From assembly GCA_038134595.1 (NCBI GenBank), contig JAYPVM010000004.1:157882-221881 (forward strand): a DNA stretch of 64,000 nucleotides, in the 5' to 3' direction. A program made the translations under genes and the position numbers. Below are positions 58,703 through 64,000 of the stretch, piece after piece; the first letter of the stretch is position 1, and the number at the start of each line of letters is the position of its first letter. Under the pieces are notes generated by a model that had not been told where the DNA came from, did not search any database, and worked only from the letters and a program-made list of their open reading frames with translations. The stretch is from Pseudomonadota bacterium. GTDB taxonomy: Bacteria; Bdellovibrionota_C; UBA2361; OMII01.

Positions 58703-60491
58703 ATGACCACCACTGTCGGCATCAGTTTTTCCCACCATGACTTGGCCATATCGGTGGTAGTAGAGGGAGAAGTTCGATTTGCGTTAGCGAAGGAGCGTCT
58801 GACTCATCTGAAGCATGACGGACTAATCTGGGGAGGCTGTAACGGAGATGTCTCGGATCTACTTCGAACAGCTCTGAAAAGTGCTGGTACCTGTGAGGGC
58901 TCGATAGATGCTGTCGGTATCCATCACATTGATCATCTGCCGAAATCGGAATTGTTAGGATGCCTGCCTCCATGGCTCTTAGCCGCTGTTCCTGCGGACA
59001 GAATTTTCTCTGTTTCACACCATCTCAGCCACGCCTTATCCGCATTCTTTTTATCTCCGTTTGAGCAAGCCGCAGTGTTAGTCGTCGATGGTGGGGGAGG
59101 GCCGTTCTTTGACATAAAGCAGCACTGCGATGATCACCGGCTCCTCAGCTATTCTGATGACGAGCTCATTCTGCAAGAGCTTACTCCCGTTTCGTATCAG
59201 CCTAACCGGGAGAGAGAAAGTTTCTTCTCATTTCGCGGCTCGGATATCACGGCTCACAGAAGGATTATCGGAAGCGAAACCTACGCTGGAATTGCTGGGC
59301 ATTACGGAACGATCACGGAGGTGATATTTGGTGATACCCTCGATTCGGGTAAGACTATGGGGCTTAGTACATTCGGGCTACCAAAGGAGAACCTCTCTTT
59401 TTTGGAATCGGTTGGAGACTCATCGAGAGCATTCAGATCGGCCTGGGCTAGGAGAGCAGACTTCAGCTCCTATCGCCAAGATGTAGAAGCGGCAAAGCGA
59501 GTACATGGACGAGAGTACGAGAAAAACGTCGCGGCTGTCACGTTAGCTGCCAGCGTTCAGCAGGCCTTTGAAGAGGCGATGCTTGAGTATGTCCGATGGC
59601 TTAAAAGCGTAAGCGGTTTGTCGAACCTCATCTTGGTCGGAGGCGGTGCTTTGAACTGCTGCTCCAATCGGAGGATCTCGCTGGAGGCTGGATTCGATGA
59701 CCTCTTTGTTCCCGCTTGCCCAGGTGACGATGGAATTGCGATAGGGTGCTTTTTTTGCAGCACTGGCTCTTGGAGATGGACGTCGTGCATCGAGCGGGGC
59801 ACTGCCGTATTGGGGAGGGGATATCAGTGAGTATCCTTGCGTGACCCACAACCGGACCCCTTTAAGCGTGGACTCGACATTGGATTACTTGGCTGGCCGG
59901 CTCGCAGACGGAAAGGTGGTTGGATGGTGTCAGGGTAGGTCAGAGTTTGGCCCGAGAGCTTTGGGTCATCGCAGCCTGTTGGCTGATCCAAGAGACCCTA
60001 ACAGCAAGGAGCGTTTAAACAGAACCATCAAGCGTCGAGAGATGTTTCGCCCTTTTGCACCCATAGTGCTTGACCGGGCAGTTGATGAATTCTTTTCTGA
60101 AGTGTTCCCGTCTCGTTTCATGTCATTTGCCGGGAAGTTGAGAGAAGATAAACGCAACGTGGTGCCCGCGGCTGCTCACATCGATAGCACGGCCCGCTAT
60201 CAGATTTTATCACGAACGGATAATCTGGCCATGTACGACTTGATCGAACGATTCGCTGCTCTAACAGGCGTGCCGATGGTACTTAATACCTCATTCAACG
60301 AAGCGGGAGAGCCTTTGGTAGAGACACCAGAGCATGCATTTCGCTTTTTAGATAGTGGGCGGATAGATTACCTCGCGATCGGGGATAGAATTTTTGGCCA
60401 AAGCGCTGTGACACAATCCCTTGGAGCAGACTCTTACGGTGACGGAGTGGGTGGCGATCTCTGCAGTTTATCGAAACCCGAGGTTTCGTAA
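58703..60491 (+). pseudogene. NodU/CmcH-family carbamoyltransferase split by a frameshift in a T7 run
   Basis: ERL..KHD, HHLSHALSAF, VVDGGG, GKTMGLS, GGGALNC, PGDDG; C-domain GRSEFGPRALGHRS, KRREMFRPFAP, LNTSFN. Removing one T at 59750-59756 gives an open linker (…ALPYWG…) joining both ORFs. Confidence 0.88.
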
Positions 60492-61654
60492 TGAAGCTCA
60501 GAGTCTTGATAGTCAACGATCTCGTCGACGTTTTTGGGGGTGCAGAAGTTGCAAGTCGCCATCAAATGTCGCTGTTGAAAAACGACGGTCACGAGGTGTT
60601 CTATCATGGTTCAACGGCGTCTTTTGACCTGTGGAGTATAGTAAAGCGATGGTTCAACCTCTATCAATACATCCAAGTGAGCGGTCTATTGAAGAGGTTC
60701 AGGCCTGATGTCGTGCACTGTCATAATGTTGCAAGAATGGTGTCGCCCTCGGTAGCTCTCGCAGCAAAGCGTCGTGGTATACCCGTAGTGATGACTTTCC
60801 ATGACTATCACTATGTTTGCCCGAGGGGGTGGGGAATAACGACAGGAAACGCAACGTGTGATGGGCCATCATTTAGCTGCGCCATGGCCCGATGCGCTGA
60901 TAAATTTCGAGGTTGGCTCTATCCATTCAATGCATTGGCGGTCCTCAAGGGGATGTTTCACCGATATATCCTTCGACGAACTGTTGATTTTGCCATCTTT
61001 GCAAACACCGGAGTAGCAACCCTCGTAGCTCGTGCTGTGGGTATACCAAAGGAAAAAGCTGCGATAATTCCATACTGTGTAGCCGTTCCACAAACGCCAC
61101 CTTCTATGGCTGATATGACAGCCGGTATCAATCTGCTGTTTCTTGGTCGGCTATCAAACGAGAAGGGGCCAATGGAGCTTTTGGGCGCTTTACGTCGGGC
61201 GATGGATGATGGGTTGACTCGTTCGATTCGCCTCGCAATCGCGGGCGATGGTCCTCTCAAAGAGAAGCTTCAGGCGGAGAGTGAACGGCTTAAGCTGTCG
61301 GATCATGTTCGCTTTCTTGGAAAGCTGAATCAGGACGAGGTCGCTACTTGGCTTGCATGGTCTCACATAGCAGTGCTGCCCAGTCAGTGGCTTGAGGTTG
61401 GTCCGATAGCTGCGCAGGAGACGATGGCGGCAGGTAGGCCTGTCGTTGGACCAAGGCGAGGAGTTTTCACCGGTATTGTCTGTGAAAATGCGGGTTTGCT
61501 GTATGATCCCCTCAGTCCTGATGGTCTCAAAGAGGCGCTCATTTCAGCGTGGGCAGATCTTGAGGATGTTGTAAGGCGAGGCGGCTCGAGAGATCCCTGT
61601 CAGAGATTTTTCAGCAGATCAGTATTATTGGTTTCTGAACCAGGGTTATGCTAG
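60491..61654 (+). CDS. GT4 family glycosyltransferase, C-terminus apparently frameshifted
   Basis: GGAE, PDVVHCHN, TFHDY..CP, FLGRLSNEKG, AGDGP, PSQWLE....E.MAAG.PV. An alternative frame from ~61574 gives the typical GEAARE...RDFSADQYY..L.QGY. Confidence 0.88.
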   Translation: MKLRVLIVNDLVDVFGGAEVASRHQMSLLKNDGHEVFYHGSTASFDLWSIVKRWFNLYQYIQVSGLLKRFRPDVVHCHNVARMVSPSVALAAKRRGIPVVMTFHDYHYVCPRGWGITTGNATCDGPSFSCAMARCADKFRGWLYPFNALAVLKGMFHRYILRRTVDFAIFANTGVATLVARAVGIPKEKAAIIPYCVAVPQTPPSMADMTAGINLLFLGRLSNEKGPMELLGALRRAMDDGLTRSIRLAIAGDGPLKEKLQAESERLKLSDHVRFLGKLNQDEVATWLAWSHIAVLPSQWLEVGPIAAQETMAAGRPVVGPRRGVFTGIVCENAGLLYDPLSPDGLKEALISAWADLEDVVRRGGSRDPCQRFFSRSVLLVSEPGLC

Positions 61655-61694
61655 GTGGAATAATTCGCACTATCGCTACCGCAGATGAGAGAAG

Positions 61695-61796
61695 GTAGCC
61701 TCCTGGTGAAGTACACGTGGTCATCCTTTTGTGAGGAGCCACAAAATAACCGAGGTACCGGCATGGAGCCGGTCCTCAATCGAAACAGGAGGCTAC
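61695..61796 (+). promoter_or_regulatory. Structured IS110 leader (11-bp stem enclosing two hairpins, sequestering the RBS)
   Basis: GTAGCCTCCTG (61695) pairs with CAGGAGGCTAC (61786); inner TTTTGTG/CACAAAA and GAGG-T-ACCGGC/GCCGGTCCTC hairpins. Confidence 0.7.
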
Positions 61797-61797
61797 G

Positions 61798-62835
61798 ATG
61801 GGAAATTACTGCGGAATAGACCTTGGAAGCAAGCGGACAACGGTGTGCGTGATGGATAAGCGACGACAGGTATTGCGTCTGGTTGAAGTGCGGACAACGA
61901 CTGAGGGTCTCAAGGAAGCTCTGTCTGGGTACCGAAGATTAACGTGTATCGTGGAAGCTGCGCCACGTGCCGAGTGGACTGCCACGGCAGTTGAGGAACT
62001 TGGGCATACGATAACGATTGTGTGCCCGGGGAAAGCTAAAGTAGCGCTTGAGAGCCAGGGTGCACGCAAGAAGACAGATACGCGGGATGCTCGGGCACTA
62101 GCTGAGTTATGTCGTAGTGGGTGGTATGAGGCAGTACATCGCAAGAGTGAGGAAGCGAGGATTATGCGAAGTTACATGACGGCACGCAAGCAGCTTGTTG
62201 TGGCAAGTAACGCCATAGCGAGCTCTATCCGAGGGATTCTTCGGGCGCATGGTATAAAGCTGCCTGAGCGTGGAGACGGAGAATCGTTTACAGACAGAGT
62301 TACCGCTGTGATGAAGCCGCTTGCGAAATCTGTCCAGGTTGCGATTCAAGAGTTGCTTCAAGCGTGGGAGCTTCTTCACAGCCAGCAGCAACGGATGTAC
62401 CGGCAACTTCACGACCAGTTAAAGAGTGACCCCGTTGCCGAGCTTCTGATGACGATACCGAGCATAGGACCAGCTACGGCTGCCGCATTCATTGCCACAA
62501 TAGACGACCCGAATCGGTTCTCGGATGGAGCCAAGGTGGCATCGTATCTTGGTCTTGTACTCAGCGTGTATCAATCAGGGGAAACGGAATTCAGGGGCAG
62601 AATAACCAAGTCTGGGGATAAACTCCTGAGGTGGCTTTTGGTCGAGGCGGCGAACAACATGCTCACCCGTTCAAAAACCGAGAACCCTTTGCAAACGTGG
62701 CGGTTAGAGCTTCAACAGAAGAAGGGGGTTGGCAAGGCTCGGGTGGCAGGTACTCGCCGGCTCTGCGTATTGACGTGGACATTGTGGAAGGACGGTGGGG
62801 TCTTTCATGCTGAACCAATTACGGAGGCCGCATGA
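61798..62835 (+). mobile_element. IS110-family transposase/recombinase
   Basis: RuvC-like DEDD: GIDLG, VEA, KKTDTRDA; C-domain IPSIGP..A, RF....VASYLGL...YQSG, GRITKSG...LRW.LVEAA. Confidence 0.93.
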
Positions 62836-63098
62836 TACACCTATTGAACTACTACTAACGACGCAATACAGAGTGTAGCAAAGAGGGAAGAAGCATTGGT
62901 TTCGTTGTGGGAGAGCTCGTTGCGGGTTTGTGGCGTGGCCACGTGTGCTAGTATGAGCCTCCTCTCCGATTCCACCCTGCGGCGCGGACGATTTTTCTGT
63001 GGAGAACGAACGGACAGCGGGGTAAAAACCGGATTTTAGATACACCTCGGCTGTGCCCCTTGTTTTTGGTAAGTGCCGGGGACCGCACTTTGGAACGT

Positions 63099-64000
63099 TT
63101 AAGCCGTGTTGAGCCGCTTCACGACTCGCCAGAAGATATCCTGGTACGGATACCCCGATGCGAGAGCAAATCGGATACGCCGAGTATTGCGCGTTACTAT
63201 AGCTCTGATCTTCAAGAAGCTTTAAGCGAATGGTTGATGCCTGTGCCTTTGCGAGCTCCGTATTTTTTAAAGTAAGGCGGCGGATATCCTCTATCAGAAT
63301 ATACGCTAAGCTTGAGAGCAAAAGCCGAAATTGATTCGACCACCATTTATGGCAGCTCGTTCTATCCGAAAGCAGTCCAAGCTGCTGCTCTTTTATCCGA
63401 TTCTCCATCTCACCACGAGCGCAGTAGATGGTGTCATAGACAAACCCAGGAGAGTCATCGAGGTTCGGTACTACAAACCGCGGATTAGCTCCAAGTTCAG
63501 AGTGCTCGGCTTTAACAATACTCCGCCTCGATTGGTCCCAAGATTCCGCCGCATAGCAAACCCCAGAAAAAAGCCTCTGCTTCTCTTGAGTTTTATTAAA
63601 CTCCTCCTCGGCAATCTCTGTTGCAGACTTTACCGCTTCAAGTAGGCGCGAGTTCTTCGCTATTCCCACGCAACAATGAACATCGTGACGCTCGCACCAC
63701 CTAAACATCCTTCAGCGACAAAAGCCAGAATCAGCACGCATGACGATCTTCGCCCGCGGGAACCTCGCTCGAATCGCCTTCACAAGAAGTGAAAGGATAC
63801 CCCATGCATGCTTGGCTGGATCAACGTTACTCTGTCTAAGGTAGCTCACCAAAAGCTGCTCACCGCAGAACACATACAGCGGTAGAAAACAGTACTCGTT
63901 GTAATACCCATGGAAGAATCGACCCTCTTGTTTGCCATGAACTCTATCGTCGGTCGCGTCAAAATCAAGAATAAACTCCTTGGTAGCTTGGCGAAATGAA
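63099..64000 (-). pseudogene. IS1380-family transposase, inactivated, continues off window
   Basis: LDFDATDDRVHGKQEGRFFHGYY..YCFLPLYVFCG, RADSGFCR, YCARGEMENRIKEQQLGL..DRTSC. In-frame TGA at 63712-63714; frameshift near 63215 (restored LKI...RNTRRIRF...YPYQ). Confidence 0.92.

Noticed and set aside
62704..63098. Long C-terminal tail of track ORF 62704-63708
   Set aside because: Read-through after a frameshift; the real transposase frame stops at 63099.
63712..63714. TGA as recoded Trp or Sec
   Set aside because: TGA is used as a normal stop in csrA and other genes, and the same gene also has a frameshift, so decay is the simpler explanation.

Overview
Bacterial chromosomal window. Gene content and style suggest a Deltaproteobacteria/Bdellovibrionota-like organism (inference only). 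Bases 1 to ~50,900 are mostly housekeeping genes not grouped into their usual operons: htpX (partial), csrA-fliW, orphan groES, gltA, a divergent flagellin, sucA, dnaE, nadC, birA, purF, the yeaG/prkA-yeaH-spoVR operon, comM, a pilP-like gene, asnS, rocD, manA, a eukaryote-type UGPase, two ArnT-like transferases, an orphan VirD4-like ATPase and four tRNAs. After tRNA-Tyr an accessory region begins. It holds an integron (intI, attI with GATC-rich palindromic repeats, three cassettes whose core sites match, and a probably truncated fourth), a possible IS91 end remnant, and a monomeric (organelle/CPR-type) PheRS. Next come a TIM-barrel epimerase, a stand-alone DHQ synthase II N-domain, a frameshifted carbamoyltransferase and a GT4, then an IS110 with a structured leader and a decayed IS1380. 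The most notable signals are the single-chain PheRS in a tailoring-enzyme cluster, a triple CsrA-consensus repeat in front of fliW, the palindrome array at attI, the IS110 leader, and a 24-nt motif shared downstream of two different transposase ends. All assignments come from reading motifs by eye; no searches were run.
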